Of a stretch of 64,000 nt of DNA, positions 13,630 through 27,823 are shown piece by piece. Both the position numbers and the translations under genes were made by a program. Position 1 is the first letter of the stretch; the number at the start of each line of letters is the position of its first letter. Source of the stretch: Kudoa neothunni (lineage: Eukaryota > Animalia > Cnidaria); NCBI GenBank assembly GCA_964304625.1, contig OZ199838.1, positions 9,327,245-9,391,244 on the forward strand, written 5' to 3'. Below the pieces are notes generated by a model. It saw only the letters and a list, made by a program, of their open reading frames with translations, did no database searches and was not told the DNA's origin.

Positions 13630-14156
13630 TATACTCCTGGATTATTTCCATTTTAGAAACTTAAGATGTTTTTCGAGTATTAAGATAAGACTGGTATCTT
13701 GATTGTGATCAACTAGTGCATTATCCCAACTTTTATACTCGTAACATGTGTGATTGAATTTTTAAAATATTTTCTCATTATTAAAACAAATCCAGCTTAT
13801 ATTCGTAAAAATTCAAAGTAAAACCGAAAGATAAAAATACGATTTTATTCCATTAAAAAATCTATGTTTAAAGGTTTAACTTTATTTCCAGATTTAAAAC
13901 TAACATTGAATTACTCGAATATGTAGAAATTTTGCAACAAAATATGATTATTAAAACATTTAAATTGCCATTAGTACTAAAAATTAATGAGAAAATAACA
14001 TAATTATATAATTTAATCATAATAACAAATTTATAATCGGACCAATATAAATATATTTTTTATTATTACTCAAAAATATAAAAAAACAATGGTTGTTAAC
14101 TGTTGTTTAAAAATTATTCTCTAGGCCTGATGAAAGATCCCAATTTACCTCCTTAA

Positions 14157-17100
14157 TCATTTCAGGCCGAGATTTTGTTGATGGTTCGAAAAAAATATTT
14201 GATAACATATATGACATTTTTAAAGTAAAATAAATCATGTGTAACATTTTGGAGTTTGATTGCGCTAAAACAAAAAAATTTCATGCATGATGCCATATGG
14301 CATCATTCGGCCGCCCCAAATTTGCAAAACCGTTAATGCACAAGCGGGGCGAAAAAAACCAAACAGAATATTGCTATTTATAAAGAAAGTAAAAAAATGA
14401 TGTTTTTGTATAGTTTTATTTTGTGTGATATTAAAACAACTTCTGCTAATGTTAAGGCACAGAGCGATGTTGCACGTTATGCAGTAAATCCTAGAATACA
14501 TTGAACAGTACTTGCATCTCTTTTTTTCATGTCTAGATTCTGGATAATAAAACACTCCATCGAAACGAGAATTTGGAGAAACCCACTTGCATCGGACGTT
14601 CGCTTGCGATTAGGAACACTTTGTTTGACGGTTACTTGGGTGGATGATGGCCTATCCCTTGTTGGCACACGTTCTATGTTTTGGCAGTAAAACATTAGGT
14701 GTTCACTTACCTCCAATGTAAGGTTTTGAAGATCCATAATCTTTTTACTGTCTATAGCCATTGGTTTACATTGCCTGTGATAAATGATCCATCCATTCAG
14801 TAAGCAGAGGTTTAGGCACCAACAAAATATTATGGTGTACCACTTTTTTGACTTATGATCTAATCGATACAATGTCATCAACATGTCGAACAAATCGACC
14901 CCCCCCCCATGTATTTATTATACATTTTTACAATTAGAGGATAACTGATATTTTGAACTTTTTTCTGTTTTTGTCGTATCTTTGTACAGCAGGAACTGAA
15001 AAATCAGAATAAAAAGTGGATGATATATTAACAATAGATTCATCTAGTCAGCGTACAACATTTATTTTGGAATTATCTAAACAATAGATTCCATATTCAA
15101 AACTTCCTCTAGGTTGATTATTAAACTCTTTTTCCGTTTTAAAAGGACACTTCTCCATGCGGGTTTTTCTTATGATGCTGGTAGAAAAGTAAACAAGCTC
15201 CAAAAGTTTGTTGTGCAAGTTAAAACTTTAAAAGTCATTATCATAGTATGTATGATATTTAGAACTATTCAAAGTTTCACACAGCTTCAACATTATGTCC
15301 GACGATTTATTCGCCGTAGGTGTTGTAACATTAAAGTAGTTCCAGATTCAAAGTAAAAATCATGGATAATTCCACCGGCACCGTTCCTCGTAAAAACTTT
15401 AAAGCCCATTTAGTAGGCTTCAGTGACAAATAATGTTTTAAGCCCGATTTACCTTTAAAGGAATAATTTTCTCATCGATGGACTGGTGGTATTCAGACTA
15501 GATAGTTAAGCAAGCCTGCCGTATTATGTCAAGAACAGGTCTTATCTAAAAAAACCTGTCTTAGACAACGTTATTAGGATTTAAAACAATATTGTTATTG
15601 TCGCAGAAACGTAAATACCTTAATAACGACTCGAATCTCTCTCTCGTCATTCTATCGGATATGGCGTTGTAATTAATTTTCGTTGACCAGTAATTCCAAC
15701 ATTGCGGCAATTTTACGATAGACATTCGAATAAGAATTACGATCAATAGCCGAATTTCCTCAATTGTAGTTTCAAATGACGAATTTAATGTTGACGCATA
15801 TTTATTTGTTTCATTCAAAATAAGTTCAAAACGGGCGTCAGTAAAAAATTGATTGAAATAATAAAATAGTTCAAAAATATCGCCATAAACCTCCATGAAA
15901 ATAGATTCTGATGCAGCTGAGTTACCACCATCACAAGATTCATTTAGAATACACTTGGGATCAACATCAAGAGTTACCGTATCATTCTCGCCTTCAGAGA
16001 AGTCGTCATCTCTGACAGAATTATTAAAAGTTTCAACATCCTACGCATTTTCAGCATCGGATTTGCCAGGATCTGGAAGTAGTATAAGCTGTTTCATCAT
16101 CCTCCCGATTTTGTTTTTTTAATAATAAAATCAGCATCCATCACCACCCTCTCACCTGTAATCAACCCCCGCCGAGTGATGCCATATGGCATCATTGTTG
16201 ATTTTTCATTTTGAGCCTTAAGGTTAGAATTTTCCAATATTTTATATCAAATTTGTAAAAATATTTTATTAGAATAATACAATAAATTTTTATCAGTGAG
16301 TAAAACAGTTTCTTCAGTCTTATAGTTATCGTTCGAAAGGGTCAGTTTTGCTGATCCCAACAACAAGTATTATTATGTACTAGCGCAAAAGCCCCGCTTC
16401 GCATGGGCTTCCTTGCCCAGCCAAGTAGACTACAGCCTTGAGTAGGCCAAGGTCATCCGAAGTTCAAAGTAAATTAAGAGTATTTAGATAAATAGTACAA
16501 AGATTACCCGATTAACGGATGATTTATTTAACTAATTGGACGCATGAACCTTATTTAATATTTTTAAAAACGAATAAACACTACTGAGCGTTTAAAATTT
16601 CCTCTTTAGAGCTCCTAAAAATCGATTTTCTCCTTGTTGTTTGCAGTTATCTCTAAATCATACCATATGAAGTGGACTAATCTTGTTAAACTTCAATAAA
16701 TGAATTTCAGATTAATTATTGGCTACATAACGTAATATTACCTTCTTTATTTGAACTTATTAAATTGTTAAATTACGTTTCAATAATTTTAAAGTACAAT
16801 AAACACTTTGGTACGTTTATAATTAACTTGTAAAACTTTAACAAAATGATCTATATGTTTGCATAAATCCTCTGATCATACCAATCATATCACGTAAAAA
16901 TGTTTTTAGTCATTTTTCAGAATGCAAACCTTTTATAATTTTTTACGTATTTTTCTGTGTTAAAATAAAATTTTATCTTTCCATCTGTGTGCTCAAATAG
17001 AGCATTATGTCTTTCTATAAAGAATGAAAAATGCGTACACACTGACACACACACGGATTATCGGTTTGTTTTATATAGTAGATTTTATACCATGAAAATA

Positions 17101-17246
17101 TACAAATCCAACATTTTAAAAATTTTTTAATGGTAACATTGATTTTCATCTAATATGGCAAATTTTGTCTTGCGGAAATTTATAATAACAGAGAAATTCG
17201 CTAATTAGCAAAATGATGCCATATGACACTAATAGGTACGGAAGGG
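14157..17246 (-). mobile_element. piggyBac element with a frameshifted transposase (about 14400-16100)
   Basis: Transposase fragments FNQFFTD...ETNKYA, MTRERFESLLRYLRFCDN, GGVDLFDML..YR..HKSKKWY and a C-terminal C..C...C..C..LC cluster. TTAA at 14153-14156 and 17247-17250. Confidence 0.88.
16380..17082 (-). mobile_element. Non-autonomous Helitron inserted in the piggyBac 5' region
   Basis: 5' end A|TCTACTATATAAAAC followed by a GT-repeat. 3' GC hairpin CCCATGCGAAGCGGGG followed by CTAG|T. Confidence 0.8.
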
Positions 17247-17329
17247 TTAACTTAAAAGTTAAATTTAGGTCTATTTTAAAATTATATTGTAATTTTGCTA
17301 AGGTAGAGATTATTTTTACGATTAATTTT

Positions 17330-18284
17330 GATCCCAACGTTATGTACGCCCCCGCAATTGTGCTATCAACGTTGATGAGGCCCTCATAAGATTAAAGAGC
17401 TAGTTACGAAGACGCCGTATATGTTGACAATGTTTCCAAGATGATCATTATGCGCTGGTTGGATAGTTCCGTTGTAACTGTGGCATCAACGACTCATTCT
17501 ATTTCTACTATAAGCATTATTAGCAGATAAGAGTAATGGAAGAAAAAAGTCGTGAAAATTGATTGAACCAATATCATCAAAATGTACAATAAAAAATGGG
17601 TGAGATAGATTATTTGGCATGCTAATGACTCTCTATCAGTTAGAACTCACATAAAAAATGATATAACAGGATATTCGTAAGGGTGATTAACTTTTCTATC
17701 CTTAACGGGTGGTTTGTGTACCAACGGCAATGAGTTTTAAACTAAGCCTCCGTGAAAAATATTCTCTGTTTAATGAATTATATCGTCACTGTGATTTATT
17801 AAGTTTGATACATGTAGTTCAAATAATGCATACAACAAAAAACGAGTCCTCCAGATGTGATGTTATTACTTAATCATTTTTCATGATTAATAGAATATAC
17901 GTTCTTCCACAGTTAAAGGTAAGTTCTAATGTACGATTCGACAGTCTCTCATCTTCCAACAAGCACAACTGCAAAGTCAAGCGTAAATTTTTTGGAATAC
18001 ATTCAAGGACAATGTCTCAAGTGTAATTTCCGCTTGTACTTAAATAGTAACAGAAACTACTACTCAGCTGATTGTAAAAAAATTTTTTATTTGGAGCATG
18101 TCCGTTCGAAATTTGCGAGATTAAATTGTCTCAGAACATTGCCTTATGGCAGCAGTATATTAATTAGGTTTCCTAGTGAAATATTCCTAAAATTTTTAAA
18201 TATTTATATCTGACTTTAATTTGTTGAATATTTTGGCGTTAAAAATAATATTTACTCATTGTTTGATTTTTAGGGCTGAAAGGG
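17330..18284 (+). mobile_element. 3' fragment of a second piggyBac element
   Basis: Remnants MRWLDSSVVTVAST, IIKMYNK and NFSILNGWFVYQRQ, ending GGGCTGAAAGGG-TTAA. Confidence 0.75.
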
Positions 18285-19500
18285 TTAAGAAATCGATAAG
18301 TCGGATGCAGGAAAAATAAGACAGCCAGCTTTAAGGTATAAACGAGGAGCAGATTTTTGAGGATTCCGAATAACATCAAAAATAATGTTTTTATCTTCGA
18401 GTTCACGGCGAATTACTTCGACCCTATAAAGGTTACGTTAAACCAAATTCCCTTTATCATCACTTGTTGTTTCTAAAGCTGCCACATGATAAATTCTAAC
18501 CCACCTCCATGTAATTAATTCAGTTTAAAATATGCGGATACGATTCAGAAACTCGCACTAACCCTATAAGAAGAAGTTGAATACCCTTAACATAGTGAAT
18601 ATAATTAAGAACCAAAACATCATTTATATTTATTAATAAGTGTTGTTTGTCATTATGGAGCGCATCACGAAATCGTTGTAAATTTAACGAATAATTAGAT
18701 CTGAATGACTTGATGGGTGACCAAAAAGTTTCAAAAAAAATAATTTATATTCCACTTATGTTTATCTGTTTTTAATTATTTTATAAAGGCTATTGTAGCA
18801 ATAACAACAATAATACTGTAAAAAGGTTGTTATTGAAAATTGTGATTTATATTACAAATCAGTCCACCATTTTAAAACGCATTGTTGTAAATTATTGACA
18901 ACTTTATAAGAAAATAAATATATATATCATGGCTTTGCGATTAACTGAATAATGTATTGCTAAAATTACAATCTGCACGCTAATCTTCCAACAACTGGTT
19001 ACAAATCGTATGATCTTCATCTCTTATTAAAAAATTTTTTTAAGATTAATATATTAAAGTTGTTTTCGTTGGAATATTAACTAATGATCAACTAGTTTGA
19101 ACATTGAACTTCTGAATTCTTTATATTGCATTATGTCGAATTATACGAATTGACCAAGCTTGATGGGTTGTCATATTTATTGGATAGGTTATTTAGTTGG
19201 GTTCACACAACAAATATTTGGTTCATGTGTATACTTTTTACTGAAAATAAGATCCGAGACATAATATAGACGATAACAAAATTTCACATTAAAATTTTTG
19301 TCAAATCTATGAGTTGAAATAAACAAGGACCTAACTGGTACCTGCTTAAAAACGCTCGTTTGCTTTTAGAGGAATAATTAATGGTAAATATTCAACTAAA
19401 TTCTGTGGATATAAAATATTTCGATCAATCACTAAATAATATCCTCAAACATTATTCATAAGAAGATTAATCATTACCCAAGTATCTAAGATCCCAAAGG

Positions 19501-21813
19501 ATGGACAATGATGGAGTTGAAAATGTTTCAATTGCGACCGAATCGAACGTAAATGCTGCACATACAGATTCCGCAACAAATGAAGAATTGAATAAATTCT
19601 ATAAACCTCTATTTTTCAAAAAATGCTGTCTACCAAGATGGTGCCAAGGAATGATATTTGCATTAGTTTTGATGTGTCTTTCAATAATTGGCCAAGGAAT
19701 GGTTATCACAGGACAATTACCGATAACATTAACTATGTTGGAAAGAAATTTCGGTTTCACCAGTGTACAAACAGGCTCGATTCACAGTTTTTATGACGTA
19801 TTTTTCGGAATTGGAGCATTAACAGTGGGTATTCTGGCCAAAAAAAGAAAAATTTTCTCGGTTGGAGTTGGGGTGTTCATCATGTCGTTAGGTTGTTTTT
19901 TATTTACACTACCCAACTTCCTTCATAACTTTAACAAATTCAACTTTTCCGATAATGCATCTACGTCTAAAACCACCGGATATGAAATATGTAATCTGAA
20001 ACAAGTCAATCAAGAAACCAAAATGCCGCCCAGCAACTTTGGATACCTCGTAATATTCTGTCTAGGCTACTCATTAATTGGTAAATTAAACTTTAATACA
20101 CATGTGATTGTGTCTGTTTGTTGTAGGTTTCGGTGCTGCTCCCATGCACACATCTGCATTAGCTTATTTTGACGAAAACCTAACACCAGAAATGAATGGT
20201 CTGTACCTTGGAATATATTATCTGTTTGGCTCGATTGGACCAGCTATTGGTTTCGGTTTGGGTAAACCATTGTTATCGATACCCGTCAACCTAAACTTTG
20301 GGTCGTCTTCAATACTCACACCGGAAAATGAAAGTTGGATAGGAGCCTGGTGGTTGGGTTATATTATAGCAGGCTGCTTTCTAACAATCGATGGGATTTT
20401 TTTGGTGTCATACCCTTCAAGGATTGTTCGGCCGCTCAATGCTGACAATAAGAATGGTGGTGATAAGCAACCCAATAATAGTATCAGTGATCAAGACCAA
20501 CCGAAAATATCTAAAAAGAGCTACACATCCAAATTCAAGAGTGTTCTTGAATCATTTAAAACCCTTTTACTAAATACACCATATCTCTTCCTGGTACTAG
20601 GAATGTCAATGAAAGGAACCACATTAAATGGATTGGGGACATTTTTACCAAAGATTTTTGAGGTGCAATTGCGTGCTTCATCCACCCAAGTAATTCTAAA
20701 TCTTTTCCATACAATAATTAACCAACATAATGGTCTACAATGATATTTTAAGGCTAGCATGCTATCTGGAGTTCTGGCAGTAACAGGAGCTGCTCTTGGT
20801 TGCCTCTTAGGCGGCTTAATAATTAAGATAAAAGGTCACACCATCCAAAGTAGAGTTTTATTTGTGTTGGTCGTTAACACAATTGCAGCACTAACGTATT
20901 CCGCATTTTTCTTTGGATGTGACACTAGAAAATTTGGAAAACTTTATCTTGATGACAAACTTCAGTAAAATTATGTTTTTAGTTGTATGTTTTTATTATT
21001 AAAAACATTGGATAGGCTTACTGACAACTCAACTAAGTGTCAAATACCCTGTCACTGCAGACTTACCAGATATGAACCTGTGTGTGACGAGAGATCACAA
21101 ATAACGCATATTAGCCCTTGTTTAGCTGGTTGTCATGAAACATACGAAAAAGACAAAAAACACGTATAAATACTAAAATAACTAATATGAATAAAAATAA
21201 GCTTAGTACTTTACCAAATGTGACTGTCTTAATTCCCTAAATGAAATTGTTGTTCAGGGCGGATGTATTTCTCCATGCAACAGTCAAACAAAATTCATGG
21301 CTCTAGCATTTTTTTCATTGTTTTTAAGCTTTTTAGTATTTGTTCCGGAATTATCCATTATGCTCCAGTAATTAAATTATTTTATTTTTAAACTTGAGTA
21401 AGTAATTTTTTTGTTAATTTTGAAAATTAGATTGCTTTCTTATGATACCAAGACCTGGGGATTAGGGTTTCAACAAACGTTGACTCGCATCGGATTTATT
21501 ATCGGTCCCATATTGTATGGTTATTTGATAGACAGAACATGTATACTTTGGTCAAAAGATAATCAAAACTCAGGAGTATCATACTGTTTAGAATACAATA
21601 ACCCTTTAATGAGGTATTCAGCCAACAACGTTTTGAACATCTTAAATGAAATTTTTTAGGTTGTATCTATCGCTTTATTCTATCGGCATTGAACTTGTTT
21701 CGTCAATTATGTATGTCATTGTCTATATCATTTTACGCCTTTCTCCGAAGAAAAATTCTCATGAAGAAATTTCGGCAGATAAGGAAACGAATCATCAACC
21801 TAATGGGGAATAA
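19501..21813 (+). CDS. SLCO: OATP/SLCO transporter, paralog B
   Basis: WIGAWWLGYI, LERNFGF, AYFDENL, Kazal-like CQIPCHCRLTRYEPVC and IGPILYGYLIDRTCILW. Introns fall at the same positions as in paralog A. Confidence 0.93.
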
Positions 21814-22265
21814 GCTTAAGTTGAAAGAATTCTATCATTCGTTTTTTAGGAGCGAATAAAATTTTGTCATTATTCCATTATTATTAATTTTTTCAAGCCC
21901 TAAATTTCTCATTTGCGTGAAAGCCTGGTTTTAATTTCTTAAATATGATTTTCTCACTACAATCAAAAATGGATACCGTGCATTTAGTGTGAGATTTATA
22001 AAAAGGGTACGCAACCTATTCCGCGCATAATATACAATTAATGACGTGCGTACTACAAATAAAATTTAAGTATTATCCTTAGAATATATCAATTAACAAT
22101 TAATTTGTGAAACGATCAATTATGAACGTGCATTTTTTGTCTGATTTTTTTATTTTAATTATTCTATTCATCACCTGGTGGAAATCATTTAATACATTTG
22201 GAGCTTTAAAGCAGAACACCCGGTTTATAATTGAGAGGGAATTTTTTATTTTATTTTAAAATTAA

Positions 22266-23442
22266 CTCTCTAATGTACTTAAAATCGATTTACCTCCAAT
22301 GGAATTTGGGATAAGAAAATTCACCGGGTTTTTTTTATTTCATATGCAAGAAAAAATATAATATTTTGAAATTACACGGAAGAGAACGAATATATTGTCA
22401 GAATCAGTTGAAAATAAATGAATAAATCTATAATACTCCTTATAATCTTAAGATAATTGGCTTCGTTAAAAATCGTTGTACTATTTTATAAATAATAGAG
22501 AGTTTTTTACTTTGCATCATAGCAAAAATCTTCTTTAATAAATTGGACAATATAATTAATTGGTTAACTTTCCGGGTTCCTCAAATCGACTCTACATTTG
22601 CTGCTTTTGAGATCACATTGACCCCAGGTTTTTATTGCATCTTTAAATGCCATCAAAATTATGTAGTCGCGTGTAAAATTAAATAAAAATTGATGGACAA
22701 ATATCTGTCGTATTTTCATCAATATTTACATTGCATACAAACAAAATAGTTCGAATTCGAGTAAATATGTTGGTGCCATCTGTGTTTTTATCGTCTTGGA
22801 CTTTAAATATAATGAATTAGTAGGATAATCCAATTTTTGATACTTAATAATGGTTTAAGCTAAAAATATTGATAAGCTAAGTTCGCTCGTAACGTAAGTA
22901 ACAAATTAGTTTCCTACGGTGGGAACCACTTTACACGGTTTGACGAAGGTATGAGCAATATGAATTTTTTAGTATCGCCTTTTTAATATAATTTAGGCCA
23001 TAAAGGTTATTTATATCGCAAAAGAATTCAAATCCTCATCATTCTCATCATTGCAGTTTCTAGCCAGGCAATCCATTTTCGGAATGGAGGTGATGCGTGC
23101 GAGTTCAATGAACTAAATTACGTGGTTTGGTAAGAATTAATAAAGGTATATTTTAAAATTTTCCCATCCGAATGTGCTCAATTCGGGAAAAATTTCTCAA
23201 GATATTTAAAGTCCAATTTTGGCAGAGAACAATTTGGAGTATTTTTTACCCCAAAATCCATCGAAGGATGGAAATTGTATAACTCCGCTAATATATTATA
23301 TGTTCATAATTTTTCTTTCGGAAATCCAAAATGATATTTTTGAGGAATAGATGGAATTCTAAAATTTACGTCCTTAGAAATATGGAGAAATTAGAGCAAC
23401 AATATCATCCTGGGGTATTTTTACCCCAAATCCATTAGAGGA
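22266..23442. mobile_element. TTAA-flanked piggyBac-type MITE
   Basis: Ends TTAA-CTCTCTAATG and CATTAGAGGA-TTAA, with duplicated subterminal GG(G/A)GTATTTTTACCCCAAA(A)TCCAT at about 23236 and 23412. Confidence 0.6.
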
Positions 23443-24229
23443 TTAATCATTGGTAATTGTATGCTCGTCTCTAGTATTCAGACTAACATAATTTACCCCA
23501 CTGGAATTTTATAATTCTGAAAATTAAACATAAGTTTCAAAAATTAATAATTATTATTTTGTTTATAGATTTTTTATCGTTTTACACCTCTTAACTGAAC
23601 TATATATAACCCTTAATGAATAAAAATTCTTAACGGTTATAATTAATTGTTTTTTCTGTACTTTAACCTTCTAAGTAGTTGAAAAATTGCCACCCTCCAA
23701 ATAAAAATGAGGTAGAAATCTGCCCCACTTTTTTATTTGCTGAAATTATTTCAAATAAAAGTCAGCATTGACCAACAAAATATGAGGGAAATTCATCGAG
23801 TAACTTTTGAATAAATGACCAATTATTAAAGTTATATCCTGTATGTGCATGCGCATACTGATGTTACGTTTCCTTGGAGTATGATTGTATTTATAGGTGT
23901 ATTTGTGCATTTCTTTAGTGTTTATATTTAATTAAAATTCCATAATAGCTGCCAATTAATTTATCCTATTTAAAACAATGGAGTATAATAATGCGCAGAA
24001 AAAAAAACCCAAAAATTGTCAAACTGTTGAACAATTATATCATATGTTTTTGGATGCTCTCTACAATTCAGAATTAAGCAAAATGTACAAGGGCCATCAT
24101 ATTTTGAATAACTAATGTAACCAAACTCTTAAACAATACTTAACAATCCTATATTTGTGAACCACGTGTATGCTTAGTAATTGTGAATCCTTTGCGTAGT
24201 GCTTCAGCTGCAGCCGTCACATCTGGTAA

Positions 24230-24492
24230 CAGGGTTGTTGGATTAACCCATATTTTCAATCTGAAAAAATTTAATGGCTATGGTGACAATTTTCCAAAAT
24301 TCCATCGGTCTTTCATGCTTCTATCATTGGCCTCGAACTGGAATGAAATCGAGTGTGCGAGGCATATCTCCCTTCACCTTGATGAATCCGTGGTGGACCT
24401 TTTGGAAGCTGTTAACCTTAATATCTATGGTCCCACTAGAGAACACTTCGGCGGCATCATTGAGCTGCTTGAAAAAACCTATCGTCCAACTA
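24230..24492 (+). mobile_element. LTR-retrotransposon gag-like remnant, truncated by a Tigger insertion
   Basis: KFNGYGDNFPKFHRSFMLLSLASNWNEIECARHISLHL resembles the F.G..D.W..F...F...A.AN.W.......L...L pattern of Ty3/Gypsy capsid N-termini. Confidence 0.5.
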
Positions 24493-25881
24493 CAGCCGAA
24501 CCTGGGTATTGCGTAATTTGTTTTCCATTCCCGAAAAATTACGCAATAGGGAGATTTTTCGCAATACAGGATATTAGCACATGCGCGTTATGCACAAAAA
24601 ACAAAAATTTCTTAGGGTTTAAAATAACTGGTAATTTCAATTTGTTGGTCCGATTTTCGGATTATTTAAAATATGAACTCCATAACTGTGTGTTTTGAAA
24701 ATAATACTGTTGAGTTTTCTAACAAAAGTTTTCTGATTAAATTAATTGATCGTTTGAGTTCCGCAGTTGACACAAGCGCTTCATCTTTTACAAAAGTTGA
24801 ATCGAAATTTTCTTCAAATGTATCAACTGCATACGCTTCAGATAAAGCTATTGATTCCTCCTCATGTATTTTTCCCTCTTCTTCAACATTGTCGGTTTCG
24901 TCATATTTTTATCTAAAAATTAAAGTTAATAAACAGTTAAACAGTGTGACTAAATTTATAAAATTATTTTCAGAAAAATCTTGAGATAAGTTTTCACTAT
25001 CTATTACTTAATCTTTAATTTGATATATTGTAGTATCAAAGCACAATGTTAAAAAAGTCCAGATTTTCTAAATCATTTTTGAATTATAGTCGATGATACG
25101 TTTTCCCATGCATGATTTAAAGTTTTAATAAAACCAAAATGATACACTTAATTAAATTTGAATTATCCATATTTATTACGTTGTACTCTTTGTATCATAG
25201 TGAAATTTTTTAAAAATTAATTCCAAATCTATTTTTAAATTCGATAAATCAACCGTTACTACCGCTGAATTTGTAAATACTCATGGATTTACGATAATTT
25301 TTGTTTTTTCAACAATTAAGTAGACAGGAGCAACCTTCTTTTCATTTCGCATTTTAGTTATTCATGTATATAATAAATAAACAAACTCTGTGTGCATGTC
25401 TTCTTTTTTTTGAAGCCGAAATAATAGAATTAATAATATCATTTTGAGATGCTAAAATTCTATCAATTGTAGAATGCCTTGCAAATATATTATATTGACA
25501 TTCGATAATTTTATATTATTAGATGGCTTGGGAAGTTTAAAAGTCATTTCTTTTTCTCCTTTGGGTGATTTAAACGAATTATAATATTCGATTATTTCAA
25601 TTTTTTCAGCCATTGTTCGCTGATTCCTTACCATTTTTGTTTCGCAGAATTCAAAAAGAAGATTAATTGAGGATTAAACTGAACAAAATGTTACGCAGTA
25701 GCGAGATTTTAGTTTTTGCAGGCTATCTTAAATTTATACTTCTTTAATAACAACTTTTTATCTTTTTTTGCTCAGCTAACATTAATTTAAATAATATAAA
25801 AGCAAAGTTGGAGTAAAAAATTTAAAATATCTTTTATATTTCAATAAACTTGTGAAATTACGCAATATCCAGGTTCGACTG
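24493..25881 (-). mobile_element. pogo/Tigger deletion derivative
   Basis: 25-bp TIRs CAG(C/T)CGAACCTGG(G/A)TATTGCGTAATTT, TA on the left. HTH-psq-like start MVRNQRTMAEKIEIIEYY at 25634. Confidence 0.85.
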
Positions 25882-27823
25882 TGTACTGACAGTATAATTC
25901 GTTTTGTATAATAAATTAGCGGTGAATCATCCTTATAAATGAGAATAAAATTTTCATATAAATAAGTTTTTATTTTAAGGTAATGTCCAACTTAATAGCG
26001 ACAAAAATTAGTGCAAAGTATCTATCGAAAAACGTCATACCTGGGTTGAATTTTAGAGCGCAATATCCATTTCCTACTATTTTTAAATAATTAAAAAACG
26101 AGGTCACATACATGCCAGTTAGTTTAAAAGAATGACAGAAGACGACCACTGCGTAATAATAATTGTTGACTATGTTTACATGAATATTCAAAATATGGAC
26201 TTGATACGATATAGCAAATAATTAAGAATTTATAACTAATCTCCGAACCCAAACATCAGTCTCTCAGTGCTATTACTTAGCATGGTTATTGTGTGCTTTT
26301 AGAAATACTGTCAAAAATTTAATATATAAGAATTAATTATAGGTATAAATCATGAGATAAGAGTAAAATATATCAATAAAAATTATTAGAAAATTAGGAA
26401 AGAATTTTTTCGTGTGGAAAAATAGGAGTGCGTGCTTATTGCACAATTCATGGTTATTACGCACTTGAAATTTGTTCTTTTATTTTATTGGCAGGGCTAT
26501 TACGCATTGGAGTCTTTGTCCCAGAGAGTGCGTAGCATCCCTGCACAACCGTAGTTAAAAATACTTGTACCTTTTTCAAAAAAAGATTGCAACTCTCAAT
26601 CAAATAATACTTAATTGGGAATTATCAAAGTTCTCAGGTCACTAAAAAAAGATCAGCTTCCTTAATTAGAATTTTTATTTTTTTCATGGTCAGCAGTCTA
26701 ATCAAATTAACCATATTGGATATGTGCGAGAATAGACAACATATCACATTTAGATACTAAAAAATAAAAATTATCATTAGAAGGGACGAAATTTCCATAA
26801 TTCACAAGTATTATTAATTAAGCTATTTGGAAATGAGATCATCTTATTTAGATTCCATCCTCAATATTACTTAAACCAAGCTTAATTTATTTAACATTGG
26901 GAATTTAGAGCACCCCAAATTCATCTAATTTGTGTGGTATACAACTTAAGTTGTCAAAAAAATATCTGGGCACATTTTACGTTATTTCCTATGTTAAAAA
27001 TGTCAAAATTTTGCAATAAATTTTCACGATTTTATTCGTTCTTATAGATTCCATTAAGGAGATTAAATAGAGATCAATAAAATTAACAATGTAGAAACTT
27101 ACGAATTAATCAAATAGAAATAACTCTAAAATGTTTTTACGATTTCAATAATTTCGTTACTCATTGTGATTGGACCAATTTTGGGTCTTATTATATAAGG
27201 GTCTAATAAAGTTAATCTTGTAGAGGAAATACAGCCTTGAAAAATTATTCAGACTCAAGTTCTGAAGAGATTAGTAAAAATACTAATGATCATAGTTTAG
27301 CTTACGTTGAATTCAAACGTTTGAAGAGTTTTTAACCATTATATGTAAGCTAGTCAGTGAAGGTGTAAATCAATCTTCTTAAATATTAATAACTAATTAT
27401 GCAAGGCTAAGAGATGAAATAATTATATTTTTTGTTGACCTAATATAATAAATTCTATATTTATTATTTGAGAAAAATATTTATTCACGAGAAATAATTT
27501 TAATTTTTCGACTCGACGCTCTAATGAAATGATTTAATTTAAAAATTATATGTAATTGTTTCTCATTAAATATATACATATATATAAATTTAGTTTATTT
27601 AAATGATAAACAAAACAATTTTACAAATTTGAATAATCTGATAATATCTTAAAATAAAAAGATAATTAAGGCTTATCGATAAGACCCTGGTGTGACCAAA
27701 GTCTAAGGAATCTGAATATCTAAGCACCACCAGTCCACTTCAAAATAATACAATAGCTTCACGAATTTCGAAAAAATAAAATAAACCAAGCGCAAAAATT
27801 AATTTGGAATATTGGAACAAAAA

